DNA from: Macrostomum lignano
Lineage: Eukaryota
NCBI GenBank assembly: GCA_002269645.1
Contig: NIVC01000006.1
Coordinates: 372,001 to 436,000 of the forward strand
DNA length: 64,000 bases
Reading direction: 5' to 3'
The notes under the pieces are model-generated. The model worked only from the letters and a program-made list of their open reading frames with translations, did not search any database and was not told the DNA's origin. Numbering within the stretch: the first letter of the stretch is position 1; every line of letters starts with the position of its first letter. The translations under genes were made by a program, and so were the position numbers. Positions 25,301-36,034 of the stretch are shown in pieces.

Positions 25301-27311
25301 CATCATCTCACCTGAAAATCATCATCCCACTCAATAATCATCATCTCACCTGAAAATCATCATCTCACCTGAAAATCATCATCTCACCTGAAAATCATCA
25401 TCTCACCTGAAAATCATCATCTCAACTGATACTCGTAACCATCATCCCATTACGATGATAAATGATTATTCATATAATCATCGATAGTCATTATCCTACT
25501 CAATAATCTCTTCCCATACCGACATATACCGATAATCACCATCCCACACCCGGCCTCCCAGAGCAATCGGACGGTTCGAGTTTTGCGCCCGACTGCGGCG
25601 GCCTCAGCGCTCTGATGCGCGCCACCCACGCCCTTCGAGTTGACGTCGCCCGCCTGCTGCTGGACTCCGGCGGAGCCAGCGTGGACCTCGCCAACAGCCG
25701 GGGCAACACGGCGCTCCACTCTTTGGCCCTCACCTGTCGGCTACCCGCCGCGCCCGTGTCTCACCTGGTGCATCATCCGCCGCTGCACTGGGCCGCCACA
25801 GGACGACTTCTGCTTAGCCGGGCTTGCCGGGTGAATCCCAGGAATCGTTGCGGAGAGACTCCGCTAGATCGGCTGGTCGCCTGCGCGCCCGCCACGCTGG
25901 AGTTAGCGCCGTTCAAAGTGAGCTTGACAACTGCATAGCAACGGGCTGTTGTTTACCTAAGCTCTGAGTTAATCTAGTAGCTTGACAACTGCATAGCAAC
26001 GGGCTGTTGTTTACCTAAGCTCTGGGTTAATCTAGTAGCTTGACAACTGCATAGCAACGGGCTGTTGTTTACCTAAGCTCTGGGTTAATCTAGTAGCTTG
26101 ACAACTGCATAGCAACGGTTTGATGGCTAATTGTTAACCTAATCTCCGGGGTTAATCTAGTAGCTTGACAACCGCATAGCAACGGTTTGATGGCTAATTG
26201 TTAACCTAATCTCTGGGGTTAATCTAGTAGCTTGACAACCGCATAGCAACGGTTTGATGGCTAATTGTTAACCTAATCTCCGGGGTTAATCTAGTAGCTT
26301 GACAACTGCATAGCAACGGGCTGTCGGAGCTCCAAGTTAATCTAGTAGCTCGACAACCGCATAGCAACGGTTTGTTGTTAACCTAAGCTCCGGGGTTAAT
26401 CTAGTAGCTTGACAACTGCATAGCAACGGTTTGATGGCTAATTGTTAACCTAATCTCCGGGGTTAATCTAGTAGCTTGACAACTGCATAGCAACGGTTTG
26501 ATGGCTAATTGTTAACCTAATCTCCGGGGTTAATCTAGTAGCTTGACAACTGCATAGCAACGGTTTGATGGCTAATTGTTAACCTAATCTCCGGGGTTAA
26601 TCTAGTAGCTTGACAACTGCATAGCAACGGTTTGATGGCTAATTGTTAACCTAAGCTCCGGGGTTAATCTAGTAGCTTGACAACCGCATAGCAACGGGCT
26701 GTCGGAGCTCCAAGTTAATCTAGTAGCTTGACAACCGCATAGCAACGGTTTGATTGCCGTTGTTAACCTAAGCTCCGGGTAAATCTAGTAGCTTGACAAC
26801 GGCATAGCAACCAGCCCTAATTTCTGTTTCCTATTCGCCCCCAACACAGGCTCAAGCGGTAACAGCGTGGTGCGAAGTGGTCCGCCTACTGCTTGTGTAC
26901 GGAGCCGACCTGTCCAACAAGGTGACATTCAATCACAGAGAGACCGCCCTGGACCGCCTAGTGAGAAAGCTGCTTGCCCTGATGGAGTGCAGCGCCAGCT
27001 CGCAGGAGTTCTTGGCTTTGGCCAGGCTGCTGCTCACTCTGTCCCGGTTGAGCACCCGGCGGCGCCGGCTGGCCTCGGCGGCGGCTTACCTGGCGAGCCA
27101 CCAGCTGGCCGCCAGCGAGCCGCGTTTGGGCCGGTTTTTCCTGCGCCTGCGCGACGACCTCTCCGGCCCGCTGAGCTTGAAGGCGGCCTCCGCACTGAGG
27201 CTGCGTCTGGCTTGCGGAGATCCGCTGGTTGCTAGGGCTCGCCGATTGCCGTTGCCAAGGACGCTAATTCACTACGTAGTATTCGGTGTTGCCGAATCTG
27301 CGGCTAGTTAA
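21688..27311 (+). CDS. Ankyrin repeat and SOCS box protein (ASB-like), 5 exons, ~530 aa
   Basis: Exons 21688-21782, 22393-22735, 23158-23494, 25562-25917 and 26850-27311 join with consistent phases (2,0,1,0) to 1593 nt. Ankyrin repeats (TALCYAAANGN, PLIHACERGH, TPLIKAVSQGH, GNTALH, GETPL). C-terminal SOCS box PLSLKAASALRLR...LPLPRTLIHYV. Confidence 0.88.
22213..22367. repeat. (TCTG)n microsatellite in ASB intron 1
   Basis: Direct. Confidence 0.95.
23620..25430. repeat. Intronic minisatellite, ~38-bp unit CTCACCTGAAAATCATCATCCTACT(C/G)AATAATCATCAT
   Basis: About 45 copies filling ASB intron 3. Confidence 0.95.
25920..26812. repeat. Intronic minisatellite, 58-67-bp unit (GCTTGACAACTGCATAGCAACGG...TTAATCTAGTA)
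   Basis: About 14 copies starting immediately after the donor of ASB intron 4. Confidence 0.93.
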
Positions 27312-28729
27312 TTCTCGTACCACCTGGTATCCTGGCTCAACATTCAGGATGTCAGATTGGAAATCGGGAAGCCAACATCTCTATGCCCTGGGCCTTTCCA
27401 CGTTACCTTGACAAGAGTCGCGAAACAGTCATTTCAAACAACTCACTAGTTACTCTAGCGACTCTGGGGGCGACTCAAAGGGCGTCACGTTGAGTCTTGA
27501 GAATTGACTCTTTGATAACTTTTTGGCGTTTCGTCGTTTTAGAGTCGTCTAGGGTCACTTTTTTCCTATTTTTACCTGTGTTATCTGCGCTACGGGTGCG
27601 GGTGCTACACAATTGACTCTGTTAGGCACCTTGGCCTATGTACCGTTTTCATCGGGTAATTGATTGACACAGTGTTGAAATCCCAGGAATCTCTATTATA
27701 CTAATGGAAATATGGAACGTAAATTTGAGAAAGCGCACAACATATCTTAGTTGCTGCAAAGTGCGAATTGTCTACGACCAAAACCCCATGAATTGCCAAG
27801 AAATTTATAGTTTGTGTAGAAAACAAAATTTGTCTATGGTTGGGGCTCCAACACCACACCCAAGGAAGCCTCTATGTTCGCTTCTAGGAACCTAGCCGTG
27901 GACTTTTAAGTCACACTTAGACTGGAACTGGAGTTGAATTAAGGTTTACAATAATGTTATTGATATTTGCTAACACTTTCTTAACCATAGATCTATTAAG
28001 TGAAGCATAAAAAAGTACATGATGTTCTTATTTTAAAGTTCAAAAAACAGTTCGATTTTGGCTAAGTCGATCTTTGCTGTTTATGAATATATAAAAATTG
28101 TCTTATTTGTGTATTGTGGTTCTTAACAATCAATAAAAATTATTAGGTGCTCTGTGCTTCTTAATAAGTCATTCTCTTGTGCATATTACTTTTATTAAAA
28201 ATTTTAAATTCGCGCAAAAATTGTCGTAATGCAAAAATTCCGGGTTTTATGGTTCCCTCTTTAATTCCATTCATTCTTATATTTCATATCTCCTCATTTG
28301 CTATTTTATAATTTTAAAGTGCAAAAAATACCCTCTGAAATTCCACTATTATACCTCAATAATTTTTATTTATCAATAAATTTGTTATAATTAATATTGC
28401 TGGACAAACATTATACCTGGTATGTTATTTATGATCTCTAGAGTTGCCCACTTTTAGTGTAGTCTTTAATTATCGATTTTATTTTTAACAAAAATTATTT
28501 TACGTAATTATGTTACTTTTTATTACTTGTTAACAAAAATCATTTTATTGCATTCGCGGATAAGTGAAAAAGTCTGTCTGCTTGCTGGAACTGCAGCTGC
28601 CTTTGATCCTGGCTTTTTTGATTCGCTAATACAATGCGCCCTACTTTCTTTGTACTATGTAATTTAATATATAATCCTTAGATTCTCTAAAGTACATTTA
28701 CCATTATTTTATACCTGCCATAAAATACA

Positions 28730-29262
28730 TCCACTATCCAATCCTCCCCTGCCCTAAAGTACATTCAATACCCAATCCCCCTGCCATAAAGTACATTCAC
28801 TATCCAATCCTCCCCTGCCCTAAAGTACATTCACTATCCAATCCTCCCCTGCCCTAAAGTACATTCACTATCCAATCCTCCCCTGCCCTAAAGTACATTC
28901 AATACCCAATCCCCCTGCCATAAAGTACATTCACTATCCAATCCTCCCCTGCCCTAAAGTACATTCACTATCCAATCCTCCCCTGCCCTAAAGTACATTC
29001 ACTATCCAATCCTCCCCTGCCCTAAAGTACATTCAATACCCAATCCCCCTGCCATAAAGTACATTCAATACCCAATCCCCCTGCCATAAAGTACATTCAC
29101 TATCCAATCCTCCCCTGCCCTAAAGTACATTCACTATCCAATCCTCCCCTGCCCTAAAGTACATTCACTATCCAATCCTCCCCTGCCCTAAAGTACATTC
29201 ACTATCCGATCCTCCCCTGCCCTAAAGTACATTCACTATCCAATCCTCCCCTGCCCTAAAGT
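28730..29262. repeat. Minisatellite, 34-bp unit AAAGTACATTCACTATCCAATCCTCCCCTGCCCT
   Basis: About 16 tandem copies. Confidence 0.95.
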
Positions 29263-29589
29263 TCAAGTTCATCAATTTTCAAGTATACAGAAATCAATAA
29301 GTTTCGGTTGTGACTAAGCTTACGATTTTTAACCATTGAACGTTTTCAGTGTTAAAACTTTAGTTTGTTTAAAAAAATTACTTTATTCGTTTATATTTAG
29401 CTGCAACTTACTGGGCCCAACAACTATGAGTTTCAAGTAGGCATTTTTGTAACCATTGGTGCTGAGTTCCTTTTAAACTCGAAGCTTAAATGTCTTTGAA
29501 ATTAACTTAAATTTGAGTCAATACATGTGTTAACTCCATCCATAGTTTAGAATTCTCAAACAAGATTGCTGGAATTCCAAGAATCCCAA

Positions 29590-30555
29590 CTATTTAGGGA
29601 TCAGAATCCCAGCAATGTAGGGATCAGAATCCCAGCAATGTAGGGATAGAATCCCAGCAATTTAGGAATCAGAATCCCAGCAATGTAGGGATCAGAATCA
29701 CAGCAATGTAGGGATCAGAATCACAGCAATGTAGGGATCAGAATCACAGCAATGTAGGGATCAGAATCCCAGCAATGTAGGGATCAGAATCCAAGCAATG
29801 TTGGGATCAGAAACCCAGAAATTTAAGGATCAGAATTCCAAGAATTTAGGGATCAGAATCCCAGCAATGTAGGGATCTGTATCCTAGGAATTTAGGGATC
29901 AGAATCCCAACTGTTTAAGGATCAGAATCCCATCTGTTTAAGGATCAGAATCCCAGGAATTTAGGGATCAGAATCCCAGAAATTTAGGGATCAGAATCCC
30001 AGGAATTTAGGGATCAGAATCCCAGAAATTTAGGGATCAGAATCCCAGAAATTTAGGGATCAGAATCCCAGGTATTTAGGGATCAGAATCCCAGAAATTT
30101 AGGGATCAGAATCCCAGGTATTTAGGGATCAGAATCCCAGAAATTTAGGGATCAGAATCCCAGGAATTTAGGGATCAGAATCCCAGAAATTTAGGGATCA
30201 GAATCCCAGGTATTTAGGGATCAGAATCCCAGAAATTTAGGGATCAGAATCCCAGAAATTTAGGGATCAGAATCCCAGGTATTTAGGGATCAGAATCCCA
30301 GGAATTTAGGGATCAGAATCCCAGGAATTTAGGAATCAGAATCCCAGGTATTTAGGGATCAGAATCCCAGGAATTTAGGGATCAGAATCCCAGGTATTTA
30401 GGGATCAGAATCCCAGGAATTTAGAGATCAGAATCCCAGAAATTCAGGGATTAGAATCCCAGGTATTTAGGGATCAGAATCCCAGCAATGTAGGGATCAG
30501 AATCCCAACTGTTTAAGGATCAGAATCCCAGGAATTTAGGGATCAGAATCCCAAG
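29590..30555. repeat. Minisatellite, 23-bp unit AGGGATCAGAATCCCAGGAATTT
   Basis: About 42 tandem copies directly upstream of the COX15 first acceptor. Confidence 0.95.
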
Positions 30556-30660
30556 AACTTAAGGCGAGAAATTCTTCAACCTTAGGGATCGTAATTGTGC
30601 CCTCCAGTTCGGAACGCTTATTTTCACAGCCTTTATTTATTAACCCTCTCCTCAACTCAG

Positions 30661-31986
30661 TTCGCCATTCGCCACCTGTCAGCGCCGGCCCATCTCGGGC
30701 TGAGCACGGTTCGCTGCTGCTCGTTGAACTCCGGCAGCCTGCTGGCCGCCAACGCTCGCCAATCCCAGTTTGGCTCGCTGTTGCGCAATCGATTGCGTAA
30801 TCAGAGTCGATCTCCGCTAGGCGGCAACGCCATCCGCCGGTGCCACTCGTCGGCGCCTCCGTCGGCTTCGCCGGTCTGGCACCCGATGGTGGCGCATCTC
30901 ACCGCTGGCCAGAGACGCGCCGTCGGCATCTGGCTGGCCACCTGCGCCGGGATGACCGCTGGAGCCGTTGTGCTCGGCGGCCTGACCCGGCTCACGAGGT
31001 CCGGCCTGAGCATGACCAACTGGTCGCTGTTTAAGGTGTTTAAGGGTTACTGCGTATGTCTCTAATCTCACTCAGTCTCTGATCTCACCCAGACTCTAAT
31101 CTCACCCAGGCTTATCTCATCCTTACTGTTGTCTCACCATGACTTATCTTACATAAATCTAGTCTCACCTCGACTCGAATCTCACATTTACTCTAATCTT
31201 AACCCAGCTTTAGTTTCACACTGACTTGAATCTCACTCTGTTTCATCTCCCCCACCCCTAGTCTAATCTCAACAATAATCTAATCTAACCTTTCTCTTAC
31301 CTCACTCTGACTCTAATCTTACCCTTAGCTCTAAAATCTCATCGTTGTCGCTAATTGTCCCTTTTGTCCTCAAACTCAATGCGTTTCTAATCTCACAGTG
31401 TGCCCAATCTCATCTTTAGCTCAAAAGTCATCATTACTATTGGCTCTAATCTTATCATGCTCATATTCTCTCTCACGCGCCCAATCCATTATCAATGGAA
31501 TCCAGGAGCTACCGCCAGTGACTCAGGCAGACTGGGAGCGGGAGTTCCAGCGCTACCAGGCCTACCCGGAGTACGAGTACATCGTGCGCGAGCGAGGCAG
31601 CATGTCGCTGAACGATTTCAAAGCCATCTTCTGGCTGGAGTTTCTGCACAGAACCTGGGGTCGGGCGATCGGAGCTGCCTTCCTCCTGCCGGCCGCTTAC
31701 TTCTGGGCTCGGGGCCGCTTTCAGGTGGGCTGTGCCAGCCAAGATAGGGGCTCGGGTCACGTGATCTGACCATTGGATGTAACTGTACAGCCCAAATTAG
31801 GTTAGTTAGTTCGTTAGTTAGTTAAATCACTTAGTAGGTACTTAGATAGATAGTTACGCTCGTAGTTAATTAATCTGTAATTAGTTCGTTAATTAGATGG
31901 ATAGTTAATTAGTTAGTTATTTATTCAGTTAGTTAGTTAGTTAGTTAGTTAGTCAGTTAGTTAGTTAGTCAGTTAGTTAGTTAGTC

Positions 31987-32017
<31 letters not shown>

Positions 32018-32022
32018 CAGTC

Positions 32023-32053
<31 letters not shown>

Positions 32054-33095
32054 CAATTAGTTAATTAGTTAGTTAGTTAGTTAGTCAGTGAGTTAGTTAG
32101 TTAGTTAGTTAGTTAGTCAGTGAGTTAGTTAGTTAGTTAGTCAGTGAGTTAGTCAGTTAGTCAGCTAGTAAGTCAGTCAGTTAGTTGGTTATTTAGTCAG
32201 TCAGTTAGTCAGTTAGTGGGTTAGTCAGTTAGTGAATTGGATAATATTTCGACACTCAAATCGCAGCCAGCATTGAGTCAAGTAGTTTTGTCAATTCTAC
32301 CACTGATCCCTAAGCAACAACATGTCACACCGCAGTGCCACATGCCGTCCCTACCACCCCCCGCCCCCACCTCAGCCCGCCATGCGCAAGCGAGTGCTAA
32401 TCTACGGCAGTCTAATCCTTGGCCAAGGACTGCTAGGCTGGTACATGGTCCGCAGCGGGCTGAGCAAGGACACCCTGACTCAGGACGTGCCCCGGGTCAG
32501 CCAGTACAGACTGGCCGCTCACCTGGGCTCGGCCCTGCTGCTATTCTCCCTGTTCACCTGGTCGGCCCTCACCCACCTGCTGCCGTTCACTCAATTCGGC
32601 GCCGCCGTGGCTCTGCGCGGCCGCCTGGCCGCCGCTGCCCACCTGCTGACGTCGGCCGCCTTCGCCACGGCCATTTCCGGCGCGTTCGTTGCCGGTATCG
32701 ACGCCGGCTTGGTGTACAACAGCTGGCCGAAGATGGCCGACCGCTGGGTGCCAACCGACTATTGGGCTCTGCAGCCGGCTTGGAGGAATCTGTTTGAGAA
32801 CGCCAGCGCTACTCAGTTCAATCACCGACTGCTGGGGCACAGCACCGCCTGTGCGGTTGCCGCCGTTTGGCTGTGGGCTGTGGCGGCCAAAACTCGCAGA
32901 GCCGCTCTGCCGCCTCGAACTAGGCTGGCGCTGAACAGCCTACTGGCAGTAGTGTGCACCCAGGCCGGGCTGGGCATCGCCACTCTGCTCACCTACGTGC
33001 CCATCGCTTTGGCTGCCTGTCACCAGACTGGCAGTCTGGCTTTGCTGGGCACCGCGACTTGGCTCATGCACGAGCTGAGGCGCGTGCCCAAGTGA
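30661..33095 (+). CDS. COX15: Heme A synthase COX15, 3 exons; no genomic ATG
   Basis: Exons 30661-31035, 31506-31724 and 32376-33095, all phase 0 and GT-AG. Motifs [94 protein letters not shown]. Confidence 0.95.
31790..32235. repeat. (TTAG)n microsatellite in COX15 intron 2
   Basis: Direct. Confidence 0.95.
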
Positions 33096-33119
33096 ACTGT
33101 TAGGCTGTAGCTGCTGAAT

Positions 33120-33120
33120 T

Positions 33121-33180
<60 letters not shown>

Positions 33181-33207
33181 CAAAGACACAAAGACAGACA
33201 GGCAGGC

Positions 33208-33252
<45 letters not shown>

Positions 33253-33297
33253 CAAAGACAGACAGGCAGACAGACAGACAAACAAACAGACAGACAG
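33120..33297. repeat. (CAGA)n microsatellite just 3' of COX15
   Basis: Direct. Confidence 0.95.
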
Positions 33298-33842
33298 TAC
33301 ATTTGGCAAAAGATTTTGTGTTCGCAGTTGGCCTGTAGCAATTGGTGCACAGCACACAATATATAGCACGTGTTTAAATTATATAAATTCGCTTACACGA
33401 TGTGTTTTTTCGCTATCAAGAATAGCGACAAAATGCTGTGCTACCACCAGTCAGCACAGCAGCTGATGCATTACCACGTCGATATTAATTAGTGGGCAAT
33501 AATTGAGGAGTGCGGCATCGTGTATTCAGTATCTGTATATTGCGTCATTGTTTTTCCGGTGTTATTAGTTTAATACAAGGCGCAATCTGTTAGCTTTTAA
33601 TGTACGGCGCTCAAGAAAGAACAACATAAAAATAAATACAAAAATGAACGATTGGGTGTTACTTTAATTTTTCCTATTATAATTACTTTTTCCCTAATAA
33701 TTATGGTGTAGGTAAGTGTTTTATCCTAAAAAATAAAAAGGTAATGTTATGCTAGTTGTCTAGTAAGATAGTGGGGCTTGCAGCATAGGAAAAATAATAA
33801 AAATAGTTATGCTACTAAATTGCATTAAAGTGTCTCAGGTAT

Positions 33843-34970
33843 TCAATACAACTTCAGCCTATTTTTCGACTTGCTTGCTGACAAAGATTTGACCACTGTA
33901 AATTTGAGCAAACTGCAGTCCTTGTTGCAACAATTTAATAGGTATCCGTAGCCTATGCGACCCAACATGCCAGCAACTGAATTTGACGACTCTTTTATTG
34001 TCTCCGACGTCTTTGAAGTTGCCGCCGGCTCTTTCATTGTCTCCGACGTCTTTGAAGTTGCCCCCGACGTCTTTGAAGTTGCCGCCGACTCTTTTATTGT
34101 CTCCGACGTCTTTGAAGTTGCCCCCGACGTCTTTGAAGTTGCCGCCGACTCTTTTATTGTCTCCGACGTCTTTGAAGTTTCCGCCGGCTCTTTTATTGTC
34201 TCCAGCGTCTTTGAAGTTGCCACCGGCTCTTTTATTGTCTCCGACGTCTTTGAAGTTGCCGCCGGCTCTTTTATTGTCTCCGACGTCTTTGAAGTTGCCG
34301 CCGACGTCTTTGAAGTTGCCGCCGACGTCTTTGAAGTTGCCGCCGACGTCTTTGAAGTTGCCGCCGACTCTTTTATTGTCTCCGACGTCTTTGAAGTTTC
34401 CGCCGGCTCTTTTATTGTCTCCAGCGTTTTTAAAGTTGCCACCGGCTCTTTTATTGTCTCTGGCGTCTTTGAACTAGCCGACACTTTTATTGTCTCCGAC
34501 GTCTTTGAAGTTGCCGCCAACTCTTTTATTGTCTCCGGCGTCTTTGAAGTACCGGAATCTTTTATTGTCTCCGTAATATTTGAAGTTTCGAACCATTTCA
34601 TTAACTCCGGCGTGCTTGAAGTTGCCGCCGACTCTTTTATTGTCTTTGAAGTCGCCGCCACCTTTGAACTTGCCGCCTTATTAATATTAGCCGTATAAAA
34701 GCCTAACAAAATGCCGTTCCGTTTGACGCTCTCCGGCCAGGCTAATAAACGAGACCGCACTGCCTGGTCAGGCTGTACGAGAGCTAATAAATGCTCATTG
34801 GATTCGAAATCAGTGTCAATCTGTACCGATAGCAACCTGCCAGTGCCAAGAGGTTGACGGCCCACACGATTTCTGTCGCAGTAATAGATGCTAACAGTTG
34901 CTGGAGTGACGCTAGCGTTTGATATTCTCTGCGACATATCGCCGGAACTGGCAACTTGCTGCTGACTCAT
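33843..34970 (-). CDS. Uncharacterised 375-aa ORF with an in-frame Ser/Thr/Lys-rich repeat core (SKTSETIKEPAAT); coding status uncertain
   Basis: ATG-initiated, with ~100 aa of unique N-terminus, a 39/21-bp repeat block (~33990-34680) whose length variants are all multiples of 3, and a unique Cys-containing C-terminus. Confidence 0.4.
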   Translation of the reverse strand: MSQQQVASSGDMSQRISNASVTPATVSIYYCDRNRVGRQPLGTGRLLSVQIDTDFESNEHLLALVQPDQAVRSRLLAWPESVKRNGILLGFYTANINKAASSKVAATSKTIKESAATSSTPELMKWFETSNITETIKDSGTSKTPETIKELAATSKTSETIKVSASSKTPETIKEPVATLKTLETIKEPAETSKTSETIKESAATSKTSAATSKTSAATSKTSAATSKTSETIKEPAATSKTSETIKEPVATSKTLETIKEPAETSKTSETIKESAATSKTSGATSKTSETIKESAATSKTSGATSKTSETMKEPAATSKTSETIKESSNSVAGMLGRIGYGYLLNCCNKDCSLLKFTVVKSLSASKSKNRLKLY

Positions 34971-36034
34971 CGCTGGTCTTGCTTCAGCTTGTCTAATAAG
35001 CTAAGCTATGTACTTAAGTTCGCTTCGGTGATTGTAAATCAACTTCGCTTCCCAGTTCCCCTCTACGAGTTTAGTCCTAGACTCCTAAGGCCATCACCAT
35101 GCATTTGAGACCTTTTGAGAAATTACGTTTATAATCGTTTATGGTACAAAATCAACGTTCAGATCAGAACATTGTATATGGCCCATACTGATATTGGACA
35201 CATTAGCTTTAGCCCATCAACATTTGCCTTCTATCATCGACAATTTTTATCTCAACGCGTGGGGAAACAGAGAAAGCATATAACTTGTCAGGCATAACGC
35301 TTCAAGCACAATGAAGCAAAGAGGTGCCACTTGCAGAAGAGTGCTGTTGAGAAACTGCAAGGTTTCTTCCAACATTAACAGAGAACGGAGAAAGAGCTGT
35401 TTTAAGGCATTTATTTTTAAAATTATCCAGCTACTACCCACACAACTGAACAGTCAATTGAGGAAGCCCGTTTCCGAAAGATCGTTAAAAGAATAAAGAA
35501 ATGCTATATTTCGGTTTCAATTTTTTTTTGCTTCTCGGTCTCCACATCCGTGTGTTTGAGTCGCGCAAATGCATCTTCAAACGCGAAATTCATAGAAATG
35601 GGGCAGTTTGAGGTGAAAGGTCAACTGTCTTTTCACCAATTATCTGTGTCTGTTATATTCTTATGATTTTAGTTCTTACTAGAAAAGGATATATACTCAA
35701 CAACATTAAAAAGTCGCCACCTTTGGCTTTGAGAGTGCGCAGTAAATTCCAGCTCAGTATTGACTTTTCAGTGACACAAGTTGCGCCACGCAACGCAGAG
35801 TTGGGCTGGGTGCGGAGTAATTGGGAAGAGCGGAGGGAGAAGAGAGGATAGCGTGCATGTACGGTACACATACTATAGTATAAGTTAGTTAGTGCCCAGA
35901 GCTCAGCATTACTTCAGCACCAGTCTTTTTGTAGCAATAGTGGCTCTATTCGTACTCTACTACTTTCTGAATAAGTAGCAAAATAGGCGATTGATTGATT
36001 ATGCAATTAAAACGTCACTTATTCGCTCTTTCAG

